Of a stretch of DNA of 58,510 bases, positions 24,750 to 36,716 are shown piece after piece. A model generated the notes under the pieces. It saw only the letters and a program-made list of their open reading frames with translations, was not told the origin of the DNA and searched no databases. The translations under genes were made by a program, and so were the position numbers. Every line of letters begins with the position of its first letter. Within the stretch, counting starts at the first letter, position 1. Source of the DNA: Carpediemonas membranifera BICM (taxonomy: Eukaryota; Protista; Fornicata); contig JAHDYR010000050.1 in NCBI GenBank assembly GCA_019828565.1, positions 1 through 58,510 of the forward strand. The letters run 5' to 3'.

Positions 24750-25347
24750 GTCTGTGGTGCTATAACGTACCTCGGGACGCACTGTGGAGGCCCCTAGAGT
24801 ACTCGGTCATGGCATGTCAGACCAAGGGTCCCTCAAATCTGGCCCCATTCAGGATGCACCCCCTAAATGTTCCGTTGCAAGCGTCTGACGGGCGTTCTCT
24901 GGATACCGACCAAGATGGAGGTCACGTGGATCAACGGGCGAGTATTGCGGTATTCTGGCCATGCCTGGTACTCTCAAATCATCTATACTGATCAGTGCTC
25001 CATTTATAGTTCATATCATATGGTCCTGATGGACTTATAGTTGTTGATGTTGTTTAGGGATAATTGTTGCTTTAATGATGCTCTGCGCCCGCTTACTGAT
25101 GATTCTTAATGTTGTGCACATGCCTACTACGTTAAAGCCGCCAGTATTCTTTCTATTCTTAAGTTCGCCATTTCAATCTCGTTGCGAGCATAAAGTGCAC
25201 ATTGTGAAAGGAAATTGGGTGGTTATATAATGGATACAGGGCAGGAAAAGGTACACGAATGCGGTCCTGAGGTTTGGCATGGGATACTGATCTCATACGT
25301 CAAAAATGGGCGGTGGTATTCGAATTTCAGAATTTCGGCATGTCCGA
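24750..25347. repeat. About 600-bp non-coding block with a diverged inverted copy at 35798-36396
   Basis: Direct reverse-complement comparison shows high identity with scattered substitutions. Confidence 0.9.
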
Positions 25348-27520
25348 CTTCAGTGGACTTCAGTGACTGAAGCGAGGACGAATAAATCCTTTCAGTCTGA
25401 AGTGAGTTAAGCGTGTAATACGCCATAAAAGCTTCCGCCGGTGAGGTATCGAGCTCTGTGGTCAGCATAGAGAAGCGTTGCATTATTCTGCAAAATAGTG
25501 GCCAATTGGCCACTACGATATCGGCAATTAAGACAGTAACAGGAGCGTTTGGTGCGCAGATCAAGACTTTTTAACAATATCAACAAACGGTTCACTCACT
25601 TTCTCGTTTAACGTAGTGAATCATCAGTTTCAGCTGTGGCGTTAGTTGTTAGCCGTGCGAAGCACTGATGAGGCCTTATTACCATCAATAGGAGTAATAA
25701 ACACCATTTAACTTCAATATAGAGAGCGAGCGGCCAAGAAACAAGCGCCGGGAGGATAACGGCGGTGGAGAGCGGCAGGAGAGCGCCGGGCGATGGCGCA
25801 CGGGAGGGAGAGCAGCATGAGAGCGCCGGGGTATGGCGCATGGGAGGGAGAGCGGCATGAGAGCGCCGGGCGATGGCGCACGGGAGGGAGAGCAGCATGA
25901 GAGCGCTGGGGGATGGCGCACGGGAGGGAGAGCAGCAGGAGAGCGCCGGGGGATGGCGCACGGGAGGGAGAGCAGCAGGAGAGCGCCGGGCGATGGCGCA
26001 CTGGAGGGAGAGCGGCATGAGAGCGCCGGGGTATGGCGCACGGGAGGGAGAGCAGCATGAGAGCGCCGGGGTATGGCGCATGGGAGGGAGAGCGGCATGA
26101 GAGCGCCGGGCGATGGCGCACGGGAGGGAGAGCAGCATGAGAGCGCCGGGGTATGGCGCACGGGAGGGAGAGCAGCAGGAGAGCGCACGGAGGCGATTTG
26201 GGGCCCCGAAAACGCCAGCATCAGCGCAAATAAGCTATTCTATTACAAAATGCTTCACTTGCGCTGGTACTACAGCGTTTTCGGGGCCCTTTGCCCATCT
26301 TTCGTCGTCTGAATATTTTCGTGCAGAATTCAAACGAGTGCCGCCTGGCAGAGGCTGAGCTGCGGAGCTTAGTCCCTGTGGCACCACTTGTCTGGCCCAG
26401 CTTCCCGCCATGCTCCCGAAAATTCAGGTGCAGATTTGGGAGCAGAGATGTCGACGAACCCCGGTAATATGGCGTTTTCGGGGCGCAAGTGCCACACGCC
26501 CCACAGCCACGACACCAGCACCACTTACTTACTTTACTCATCGTTGCTTCGCTTTTCGCCTGGAACCTCATTTCAGTCTCGTTGCGAGCATAAAGTGCGA
26601 AATAGTGGCCAATTGGCCACTACGATATCGGCAATTAAGACAGTAACAGGAGCGTTTGGTGCGCAGATCAAGACTTTTTAACAATATCAACAAACGGTTC
26701 ACTCACTTTCTCGTTTAACGTAGTGAATCATCAGTTTCAGCTGTGGCGTTAGTTGTTAGCCGTGCGAAGCACTGATGAGGCCTTATTACCATCAATAGGA
26801 GTAATAAACACCATTTAACTTCAATATAGAGAGCGAGCGGCCAAGAAACAAGCGCCGGGAGGATAACGGCGGTGGAGAGCGGCAGGAGAGCGCCGGGCGA
26901 TGGCGCACGGGAGGGAGAGCAGCATGAGAGCGCCGGGGTATGGCGCACGGGAGGGAGAGCGGCAGGAGAGCGCTGGGGGATGGCGCACGGGAGGGAGAGC
27001 GGCATGAGAGCGCCGGGGTATGGCGCACGGGAGGGAGAGCAGCATGAGAGCGCCGGGGTATGGCGCATGGGAGGGAGAGCGGCAGGAGAGCGCTGGGGGA
27101 TGGCGCACGGGAGGGAGAGCAGCAGGAGAGCGCCGGGGGATGGCGCACGGGAGGGAGAGCGGCAGGAGAGCGCTGGGGGATGGCGCACGGGAGGGAGAGC
27201 AGCATGAGAGCGCTGGGGTATGGCGCATGGGAGGGAGAGCGGCATGCGAGCGCACGGAGGCGATTTGGGGCCCCGAAAACGCCAGCATCAGCGCAAGTAA
27301 GCTATTCTATTACAAAATGCTTCACTTGCGCTGGTACTACAGCGTTTTCGGGGCCCTTTGCCCATCTTTCGTCGTCTGAATTTTTTCGTGCAGAATTCAA
27401 ACGAGTGCCGCCTGGCAGAGGCTGAGCTGCGGAGCTTAGTCCCTGTGGCACCACTTGTCTGGCCCAGCTTCCCGCCATGCTCCCGAAAATTCAGGTGCAG
27501 ATTTGGGAGCAGAGATGTCG
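25348..27520. repeat. About 1.1-kb module in tandem (25493-26453, 26600-27520) and inverted at about 29500-30470, containing a 40-bp minisatellite
   Basis: Unit gagcgccgggNNatggcgcacgggagggagagcRgcaKga at about 25766-26186, 26873-27254 and (inverted) 29878-30060. Each module also carries the palindrome tagtggccaattggccacta. Confidence 0.93.
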
Positions 27521-27667
27521 AGCGCCGCTACACCACCACCGCTACGCCAGCGCCGCCGCCCCTACGCTTGCGCAACTGACACGACGTCCCACGCCGGCGC
27601 CAGCACAGCGCCAGCAACGGCAAGCATACTCACTCACTACTTCAGCTAACATCATCAACGATTTTAT

Positions 27668-28327
27668 CTAGAGTGAAGCAGCAACGGCTGCTTCCAACTC
27701 CTCGCGTGTAGCGCTTTCCCGTATTCGTTTCATACAAATAGGCCACAACAGTAGCCTGCAGCGATCGCGCCAGTAGTCAGCGGTGTAGTCAACTGAAAGG
27801 TACTGGAACTTCCTGATCGTTTCCTTGGCGAAATACACCACAAGCAGGAGGATCATCGACTGCCCACCATCGACCACCTTGACCGCACACTCCGACGCGG
27901 TGACATTGCTGTGCCCTTTCGCGTTATCGTTGACTAAGTGCACGCCGTTCGGCAGCGTGGATGAGTCGACCGCATATCCATTACCTAGCGATGTTGTGTA
28001 CGTTGACGAGGATTCATGGGTTTCGCGAGACACAACACCCATGTAGACGCCGATGCAGGTCTTCGCTTTGATGTCCTGCATGGCTACAAGGCCTTGGCCC
28101 ACATCAGTGCCTTGGAGTGATGTTTGCGGCTCCAACACAAGCTGGAGCTTGGTGTTGAGGCCATGCTCGTCAAGCGTCACTGTAAGACTCTTCTCGGGCA
28201 CAGTATCCGTGGAGCGTACCGAGTCAAGAGAAGAAATGTCGCGCATGAGGAGTTTGTAGTCCTCCATGCTGATTTCACCCTTGTTGATTGCGATCAGCCG
28301 GGCACGTGTCTCATTATCGTTGCTCAT
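27668..28327 (-). CDS. SET-like domain protein, diverged paralog of 7779..8507
   Basis: LEPQTSLQGTDVGQGL...CIGVYMG...HLVNDN...IRKFQYLSVDY. Confidence 0.75.
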   Translation of the reverse strand: MSNDNETRARLIAINKGEISMEDYKLLMRDISSLDSVRSTDTVPEKSLTVTLDEHGLNTKLQLVLEPQTSLQGTDVGQGLVAMQDIKAKTCIGVYMGVVSRETHESSSTYTTSLGNGYAVDSSTLPNGVHLVNDNAKGHSNVTASECAVKVVDGGQSMILLLVVYFAKETIRKFQYLSVDYTADYWRDRCRLLLWPICMKRIRESATREELEAAVAASL

Positions 28328-29531
28328 CGAGATGTGTCAATTCTGGCAATTGGATTTGAACGTTGATTCGTCGTCGAAGATGCCTCATCAAGATCAGCTA
28401 GCACACGAGGATGCCATTTTTGCAGGTTTATTCTCTCTCGCATTCGTTATAGCCTATGACAACACGATCTCTGCGACGGAGAGGTCGAAAGTGGGAGACG
28501 CTACTAAGATAAACCTCCTAGATCATGCACGCACTGTGAAACTGAGCAAGCATGGCAATTCTCCCCAAGATAGCGTCACAGATGGCACAGTAGCTCCTTC
28601 TGTCGAAGAAGTAGACGAAGCCCCCAACCAACCCTCACTCGGCACCGAAGAAGCAGACGAAGAGCAAGACGCCCGCCCCGACCAGAGCGCAGTCGCAGAC
28701 GATGCCGCCGCAGTCGACCAGCCCGCAAGCGACGGCGCAGACTCAACAGCAGGCAAGCCTGACGCGATTATTGAGGAGGAAGTATGGATGGGCTGGGCAG
28801 ACATTTTGTCTGTGGGGGCAACAAAGAGGGAGCTCTCCGTGCACGTCGCGGATCCATCCCTCGCAGAGGGAGTGCCTTCTGCCAACACCCTCGAACTGAT
28901 GGAAAATAGTCTGACGACCGCCAACACGCACAACACCCTCATGGCCATGTTCGTTGCCTACTGGCAGGCAGTCAGGAAGACCCTCAGTGCGCGTCTGATC
29001 GGCCAAACCGTGACCGATGAGGAGCGTGAGCGTCGTGTCGTCAGTCTTTCTGTTGAGCTGTCTTCGGCGTTTTCTGACGTAGCGTCGGCGGTGTTTTCCG
29101 ACCCGACGACTAGAATCACCAACCCTTTCTACTCCCTTATGAGGGAGATCTGTACTGGCATGGGTTACACAAAGGCATTCAAACCCAGGATGCTCATTCT
29201 GTTTGCAATCGTACACCCGGAGCACTTCTCCCAGGTGATCACCTCCCAAATTATCCCAGCCAACACTAGCTGGATGAAGGTCTCGTCCTGGCTCACTCAG
29301 CTTAGCCGGGTGCGGATCATGATCGATCACCAAATGCTGCCAATGTCGCAGGTCGACCACTTCCACAAGACGGTCATTGGTTCCTTCCGCGACAAGGCGG
29401 ATCTTGTTTCGGGTTTGATTTTCGGTCGTGATGAGCACACGACAGCACCGCTGCTCACGCTACAAGAATCCACAGCAGAGAAGAGAAAGGCAGAAGAGGT
29501 TCCAGGCGAAAAGCGAAGCAACGATGAGTAA
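28266..29531 (+). CDS. Unknown protein, family Y (likely start ATG 28380); 3' end overlapped by the inverted repeat module
   Basis: Paralogous to 13431..14285, with an acidic linker and KRK motif. Confidence 0.65.
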   Translation: MLISPLLIAISRARVSLSLLIEMCQFWQLDLNVDSSSKMPHQDQLAHEDAIFAGLFSLAFVIAYDNTISATERSKVGDATKINLLDHARTVKLSKHGNSPQDSVTDGTVAPSVEEVDEAPNQPSLGTEEADEEQDARPDQSAVADDAAAVDQPASDGADSTAGKPDAIIEEEVWMGWADILSVGATKRELSVHVADPSLAEGVPSANTLELMENSLTTANTHNTLMAMFVAYWQAVRKTLSARLIGQTVTDEERERRVVSLSVELSSAFSDVASAVFSDPTTRITNPFYSLMREICTGMGYTKAFKPRMLILFAIVHPEHFSQVITSQIIPANTSWMKVSSWLTQLSRVRIMIDHQMLPMSQVDHFHKTVIGSFRDKADLVSGLIFGRDEHTTAPLLTLQESTAEKRKAEEVPGEKRSNDE

Positions 29532-30341
29532 AGTAAGTAAGTGGTGCTGGTGTCGTGGCTGTGGGGCGTGTGGCACTTGCGCCCCGAAAACGCCATATTA
29601 CCGGGGTTCGTCGACATCTCTGCTCCCAAATCTGCACCTGAATTTTCGGGAGCATGGCGGGAAGCTGGGCCAGACAAGTGGTGCCACAGGGACTAAGCTC
29701 CGCAGCTCAGCCTCTGCCAGGCGGCACTCGTTTGAATTCTGCACGAAAATATTCAGACGACGAAAGATGGGCAAAGGGCCCCGAAAACGCTGTAGTACCA
29801 GCGCAAGTGAAGCATTTTGTAATAGAATAGCTTACTTGCGCTGATGCTGGCGTTTTCGGGGCCCCAAATCGCCTCCGTGCGCTCTCCTGCTGCTCTCCCT
29901 CCCGTGCGCCATCCCCCAGCGCTCTCCTGCCGCTCTCCCTCCCGTGCGCCATCCCCCGGCGCTCTCCTGCTGCTCTCCCTCCCGTGCGCCATCCCCCAGC
30001 GCTCTCCTGCCGCTCTCCCTCCCGTGCGCCATCCCCCGGCGCTCTCATGCTGCTCTCCACCGCCGTTATCCTCCCGGCGCTTGTTTCTTGGCCGCTCGCT
30101 CTCTATATTGAAGTTAAATGGTGTTTATTACTCCTATTGATGGTAATAAGGCCTCATCAGTGCTTCGCACGGCTAACAACTAACGCCACAGCTGAAACTG
30201 ATGATTCACTACGTTAAACGAGAAAGTGAGTGAACCGTTTGTTGATATTGTTAAAAAGTCTTGATCTGCGCACCAAACGCTCCTGTTACTGTCTTAATTG
30301 CCGATATCGTAGTGGCCAATTGGCCACTATTTTGCAGAATA

Positions 30342-31179
30342 ATGCAACGCTTCTCTATGCTGACCACAGAGCTCGATACCTCACCGGCGGAAGCTTTTAT
30401 GGCGTATTACACGCTTAACTCACTTCAGACTGAAAGGATTTATTCGTCCTCGCTTCAGTCACTGAAGTCCCGCACCTTTGTGGCAGTTGAGAAGGAATGG
30501 GCCCAGTCCCCTGCTGGGAAACAGTATTTCGAGCTTCAGTCTGACGAAAAGGTGAAATGTGCCACAAACTCGATCCCCTTCAACCTTCAGAGTGCGTGCT
30601 ATTCACTAACTGGCAAAGGAGCTCTAACAGAGCACCAGATCAAGGCGGCGACGCAGATCCTCGAGCATGCGCCAATGCTCATAAGGCATTCCACTGCACT
30701 TCAGACACTTCGTATGAGTATCAACTCTTTGAAAGATGCTATGAATGCTCCGTCTAAGGTGCGTCTATCGATTTTCGATAGATACGCGATCTACGTCGCG
30801 AAGAAGGCACCCTCACTCTATGCCTCTTGGGTAGAGAGTCTGCTGCTGGGCATCACGTCAATTGAAGAGTTAGATTTAGCCTTTTTTTGTGCTGGCGAAG
30901 AGGGATGCTTCGCTTGGAGACAGGGGCGACAACGTGATTCAATTCACTGACACGCAACTAGACTATGCCATCGAGAAGGTCACATTGCCGGATGGGCAGA
31001 ACGGCTCAACTTGTCGCGTGAAGTGGATAGGCTACCATAACCCTACAACGTGTCCGGCCACAGAGGAGCTGAAACGTTTTGCAAGAGAGGTGGAAGAAAC
31101 GGCAGGTCCTGCGCGTGCTCACAAGCGTGCCACCAAAAACTACTTCACAGGTACTCCGAGAACATTGGCTGAACTGTAA
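30342..31179 (+). CDS. Family-X protein with a C-terminal chromodomain-like segment (frameshift at T-run near 30885)
   Basis: DYAIEKV...CRVKWIGYHNPTTCP resembles the chromodomain pattern YxVE...VKWxGY...TWEP. Confidence 0.55.
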
Positions 31180-31646
31180 ATCGTTAAACAATTACGTAAA
31201 GCTTTCATGACTCCGCCGCGGCGGGGCTCTCACGACCACGCCCCTGCCGGCACTATGCTCGTTAACAAGGCCGATGTCGAGAGCGACGATGAGTTCTTCC
31301 TCTTCTCATGGGCCGCGCCCTCTTCACCAACAAGGCCGTCCACTATCACGTGCTCGGGAACACCATTCCCCCAGCATTACCCTTCAGGACGGTGTTAATC
31401 ATAACAACATATTGGATCATGCAGCAGCCTCCACCGTCGCCCAGAAGCGTAGTGACCGGCATATCATCATGGCAAGGCATCCTAACATTGGATGATATAA
31501 ACGGAGCAATGGCGCATTTATCAGTTGAACCAAAGCCAAGCCTACTTCAACCTGAGCTGTAGGGTACGTTCCTGCTGTCTTTCGACGCGCGATGATCAGG
31601 CATACCCGCGAACATTTCTTTAGAATTTCGTTCTAAAGAATTCGAT

Positions 31647-32587
31647 ATGAGCACAGGCAACAAGGATTCGGCTGCATACGCTGGCATGATGCTGGAAACG
31701 TTGTTGCGAATGGTTCCTGTGCTGAAGGAGATCATAGCAGCAAGTGGTAAGATCAATAATTCAGACGATCCTTCTGTGCTTCTATGTGCCGTTCTGAGTT
31801 GCAGAAAGGACCTTGATCGCATCAATCAACGGTACATTACGACTCTCCAGCGTTTCAGGAACGAGGCATGCCACGGTTCTGCCTCTTTTGGTGGTGAGTC
31901 ATTCATGGACTTCCTGTCTGCGGTCGAAGGAGTCACGAGGCGTGTGACCACGAGGACGGGACCGGATAAGGCGTTCACTGACTTTGTGGACGATATTCGA
32001 CGTGAGGTGAACGGGGGGCGCCCAGGGTGCGGGTTCAGCCGACGAGGACAGACGCACCGCGCCAGCGTCCCGAGGAATCGTATACGTATGGTCGTGCGCC
32101 TGTACGCACGATGCCGCCGCGTCCCTATCTTTATAAGCTAGTCACATCCCGCCAAGTCACTCAGGAGAAGACAGTCAGCTCGGATGGTCAGACACAGACA
32201 AAGGTGCCAGTCGGCTCGGATCATCAGACGCAGACAGAGGTGCGCGACCTTGAGGAGGCGTCTACACAGACTATTCACGCACGCCCTGTACTGTCTCGGC
32301 AGACAGTCGATACCGCAATGTGCGACCTGCTTCGACAGATATTGAAGACTCCGCAGAAGCCGCCGGCTGTTTTGACGGGATCATGCATTGTGTGTGGGGA
32401 ATCTGTGGCTCACACACATTGGGCATGCACGCGGGGTGGCACCGAGACGCCGAAGTCTACCTGTCGTGAGTTGGTGGCGCAGGCCACTGCCGAGGCAGTC
32501 ACAAAAGGAACAAAGAAGCCGCGCAAGACACGTAAGGTGTATCTGACGAGAACTGCAGTGACCTGGCTTCACTCGCAGATGGAGTAG
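31647..32587 (+). CDS. HEPN-motif/Zn-ribbon protein, diverged paralog (frameshift near G-run 32013)
   Basis: FRNEACH (RxxxxH); PPAVLTGSCIVCG...WAC...TPK.C...VYLT...W aligns with 39792..40805. Confidence 0.6.
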
Positions 32588-32616
32588 TAAAAGATTTGAT
32601 TGATACGTTTACGGCT

Positions 32617-33279
32617 TCAGTCATTCCATCTGTCGTCAGGGGTATCCAGATCGGACAGGGAGATGGGTTTTTTCAGACTCTGCATCCCCGCTTCGTGCAA
32701 GATGCGGTTCGCGTGCCTGACTGTCATGGGGGGACTACCCCAGAGCGAATCAAGGTCCTTGGACATCCGGATAAGGGTCTCAAAGGCAGGGTGATCCACG
32801 GCAGCCTCTTGCATCAACTCCTGTAGCGCGGGTAGGTCTAAGTCACGTAGGTCTGCGACATACGATCCCAGCCGGCAGAGAGCAACGACTAGGGCGAGCT
32901 GACGGTGGGACTCGGCAATGTCGTACTTCAGAGCTCTCGTGAGCTTGTCGTACTCCTCGTTAGTCAGCACCTGGCGTGCCGGAAGCGTGTGAGATCTTAT
33001 CCTGCAAATTAGGTCGGTTTCGGCACCAGCAGTGCGAAGAAGGCGAACGAGAGCCTTTTGAGGCATCGAGATGGACTTGTACCGTCCAAAACGGCGACAG
33101 AAGGACAGAGAGTCCAGAAACTGTTCGAATACGTCACTATTTTGTCGGATCTCTGTGCAAATAACAACATCAGCATCCTCATCGTCGCACTCAAGGTAAA
33201 CGCACAGTTTTTGATATGTCTGCTTGTATTGCTCCTTCGTAGAGCGCTTCAGTCCCTCTAGAGCGTGCTTCAGCAGCAT
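32617..33279 (-). CDS. Degenerate tyrosine-recombinase-like protein
   Basis: STKEQY resembles the N-terminal SAM-like helix. VLTNEEYDKL...RQLALVVALCRLGSYVADLRDL resembles box I with Tyr in place of the catalytic Arg. No HxxR or catalytic Tyr seen. Confidence 0.45.
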   Translation of the reverse strand: MLLKHALEGLKRSTKEQYKQTYQKLCVYLECDDEDADVVICTEIRQNSDVFEQFLDSLSFCRRFGRYKSISMPQKALVRLLRTAGAETDLICRIRSHTLPARQVLTNEEYDKLTRALKYDIAESHRQLALVVALCRLGSYVADLRDLDLPALQELMQEAAVDHPAFETLIRMSKDLDSLWGSPPMTVRHANRILHEAGMQSLKKPISLSDLDTPDDRWND

Positions 33280-34280
33280 TTCGATCGAGATTAAAAATCA
33301 CCCGAATTCTAGCTCTGTTCTGGCCGCTGCAGGCACCGCTGGGCGCGATAGAGCTCGGAGCGGCGTTGTCTGCCAAAAAGAGCATATTGCTCCCGGTGAA
33401 AATTGAACCCACGATCAGGAGGCTGTGTACAAAGTCTCTTCCCTCTATGCCACGACTTATGGGAAATCCGCCCTTAGTAAGCTTCCTACAGGGAATATAG
33501 GCCATTTTGGAGGTATGAGCGACCGGGAGGGGGAGATTGGGGGACATTTATGGTATGGCTGGACTCTACTCGGGCAGACTATTATAACGAGGCTCAGATC
33601 AGACCTCTACGGCCGCTATACGAGGAGAAACGAGCCAGTAAGGGCACTAGCGGCCCATGGCCGCAGCAGCGCCCAGCCAAACTCAGCTATAGAGTCACCT
33701 GAGGCCCCAAATGACGTGCTGATCAGGTCGACTCCCATCTATTGACTTGGTAATTGCAGAGGGCGTCTGAACGCGATGTCCTAATAACCGACTTGGTCGG
33801 AGCGGTTCGGCGATGACTCCGTTGTATTCCACACCTTCTTTTAATGCCGAAACATGCAGTCCTTTAGAGTCAACGCGCGTCCTGTCCGTCAGGCGAAGGG
33901 CATTCAGCAGAGGCATTGCTGCGGTCTGCAGACCGCCCTAGCGCTTCAGGATGGCCAACTGCATGATCTGGACTCATGTCTATCAAATCCATTTTGATCA
34001 CATCAAACGTGTGTCAAATCCGGCAAATCGATTTTGCGATAAAAAAAAGGGGCAGAAGGGAGGAAGCGACCCATACGGCGTACTTATGGACCATTTCCTC
34101 CCACCTGCCCGTTTTTTGAGTCTCAACTCTCAATTCCAATTTGTCCCTATGTTACTTTTTTCTAGCAGGATTTAAAGTTTGATACTGCGCATGCGTATTG
34201 CTTAGGTATAGCCAAGTACTACCATACCACTTTGAAGATCCAGCTCCGGCTCATCGTCGAGTTCATTTTTTCTTGCAACC

Positions 34281-34355
34281 GTAGATTATCTAGCTTTTTG
34301 AGGTCGAAGATAATCTAGGGTTTAGCAAAGATAATCTAGGGATGTTGACAGTATG
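34281..34355 (-). repeat. Right TIR of element 2
   Basis: Reverse complement of 16398-16472 with one mismatch. Confidence 0.93.
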
Positions 34356-35528
34356 TTGAATCTCCCCATCACCATCTCTGCCCGCCACCTCCCCGCCATG
34401 CTCGTCGTGGTCGATCTTTGGTTCCTCATCGGCACTCTTGCATAAGTCCACCTCCTCACCAAAGGCGCCCTCCTCGCTCTCCTCGCGAGCTGGCACCTCG
34501 TAGTGCATCCACTCTGCCTGGTAAGCTGGCTCGTCGGACACCGCCTCCTCGTCAGTATCGCCCTCTCTCTCGCCCTCTGGCATCTCTGTCTCGCGAGTCA
34601 GCGAGCCGAACTCCGCCTCCTTGTCAGCCTCGCTCTGCCTCTCTTTCTTCTTAGTATCGTGAAGCTCGATCATTCTGGCCTTGAGCCTGTTGTAAAGCCA
34701 GCCATCGAGCATCGGCGGCACCAGGTCGGCAGAGCTTGTGATCTCCGGGTTGAGATCAAAGATCGTCGGGCGCCGCGTGGTCGTTAAGTGACTGGACGCC
34801 AACTGGTGCCTGAACTGCTCATCGGTCAGGCTGATGCGCTTGTCCTTAATGACCTTCTGAGGCTTCTCCTGCGGTCTGCCGCGGCGCTCTAGCGTGCCGA
34901 TAGACTGCATCCTATCGGTGGACACGTCGATCCGCTGCGCAAAGCGAAGCATGCGAACCGTCAACCCCTGAACCTTGAGCGCCTCCGATACAGCACTGGC
35001 CTGCGGGAATCCCGATTTGAGCGTGCCAAAGCCCATCCAGCTCGGGCACGAGGTAAGGTCTATCGCATCGGGGAGATTACCTTGGAGATACGAATACTCC
35101 CAGCCCGTCTGGTTGAGCAGAATGGCAATGGCGCCATACGGGCTGGGGAGACTCTCAACTGATGCAGGGGACACCTCTTCCTCCTCTTTCCAGGACAACG
35201 GCTTCGCAGGGTGTGGCAAGTCGAAGTTCCGGAAAGACTGAACAGCCGAAACGATCCTCTTAGCCATAGCAGGCGTCTTTGTAGCGAAATAATGCGCCAA
35301 ATAAGTCGTAACGTTGTCGCTTCGGACAATCTCGATGCCCTTCTGCATTTCAGCGCCTGTTTCCTGGCAAATGCTGGCCAAAACGTCCTCCAGGTGCTTC
35401 TTGTACACACTACGCGTCTTCACTGAAACTCTATCAGACCAGCGCTTAACAATATCGTCGTTATTTGCAGCTAGAACCTCCATAACACGAGTTTTCTGTT
35501 GGTATTGCAATTTCAGAATTTCGTACAT
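34356..35528 (-). CDS. Degenerate tyrosine-recombinase-like protein with acidic tail, interrupted by element 2
   Basis: KTRSVY, KRIVSAVQSF, AILLNQTGWEYSYL and LTVRMLRF echo XerC/D-type motifs without full catalytic residues. The ORF reads into the TIR at 34355. Confidence 0.45.
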
Positions 35529-35797
35529 ACAAAATTATCAAATACTTGGATTCGACCTAAACTTGGCTCAGATCCGCAATCCTGAGCTGGAGTGGGTTCA
35601 TGGGAACTTTTTAAAATTTTAAAGTAGTCATGAACATCCAAATTCTAAGACAATCTCCGGTACTGGAAGTAATTCTGAAATTGCAATACCAACACAAGTT
35701 ATATTTCTGAAAACCGAATACACGGTGATACTGTTATCTATTAGCTCCAGTAGGGACCCAGGCCAGGTTTTGTACACCCTACCCGCTTGCCTCGGAA

Positions 35798-36396
35798 TTC
35801 GGACATGCCGAAATTCTGAAATTCGAATACCACCGCCCATTTTTGACGTATGAGATCAGTATCCCATGCCAAACCTCAGGACCGCATTCGTGTACCTTTT
35901 CCTGCCCTGTATCCATTATATAACCACCCAATTTCCTTTCACAATGTGCACTTTATGCTCGCAACGAGACTGAAATGGCGAACTTAAGAATAGAAAGAAT
36001 ACTGGCAGCTTTAACGTAGTAGGCATGCACATATCACTAAGAAACATCAGTAAGCGAGCGCAGAGCATCATTAAAGCAACAATAATCCCTAAACAACATC
36101 AAGTACCATAAGTCCACCACGTCCATACGATATGAACTATAAATGGAGCATAGATCAGTACAGATGATTTGAAAGTACCAGGCATGGCCAGAATACCGCA
36201 ATTATCGTCCGTTGATCCACGTGACCTCCATCTTGGTCGGTATCCAGAGAACGCCCGTCAGACGCTTGCAACGGAACATTTAGGGGGAGCATCCTGAATG
36301 GGGCCAGATTTGAGGGACCCTTGGTCTGACATGCCATGACCGAGTACTCTAGGGGCCTCCACAGTGCGTCCCGAGGTACGTTATAGCACCACAGAC
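35798..36396. repeat. Inverted copy of 24750-25347
   Basis: Reverse-complement similarity. Confidence 0.9.
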
Positions 36397-36716
36397 CTTC
36401 CCCCAAAAGCTGACTCCTGGACCCCTTGGCCGGAGCTCGCCAAAACGTGAAAATCGGCGATGATTTCTCCGTATAACGTCATAGGGGGTTATATGGGGCT
36501 CTTTTCAGCCGCAGATAACGTCTCTTGACCATATTAAATTTGCGAAAGGCCCCGGCTCGCTGGCCGGACGATTTAATCAGCATCGGCGAGAATGGACGTG
36601 TGGGTAGGGCTAGGGGTGTGATGACGGCTGGTGGTAGTCACGGTGTGAGTGCTTACAAGCCGCAGGCGATATACATAAACTTTTAGTAACCATTTAACGT
36701 CTCTTGGCGATATACG

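Larger units (their letters stand above)
16398..34355. mobile_element. Giant TIR DNA transposon, element 2 (17,958 bp), nested in element 1, no transposase recognised
   Basis: 75-bp TIRs with one mismatch starting CATACTG, TT on both flanks, and an interrupted gene that is restored in frame on removal. Confidence 0.88.

Noticed and set aside
25608-30217. Low-complexity ORFs over the 40-bp minisatellite
   Set aside because: These are translations of the repeat in many frames.
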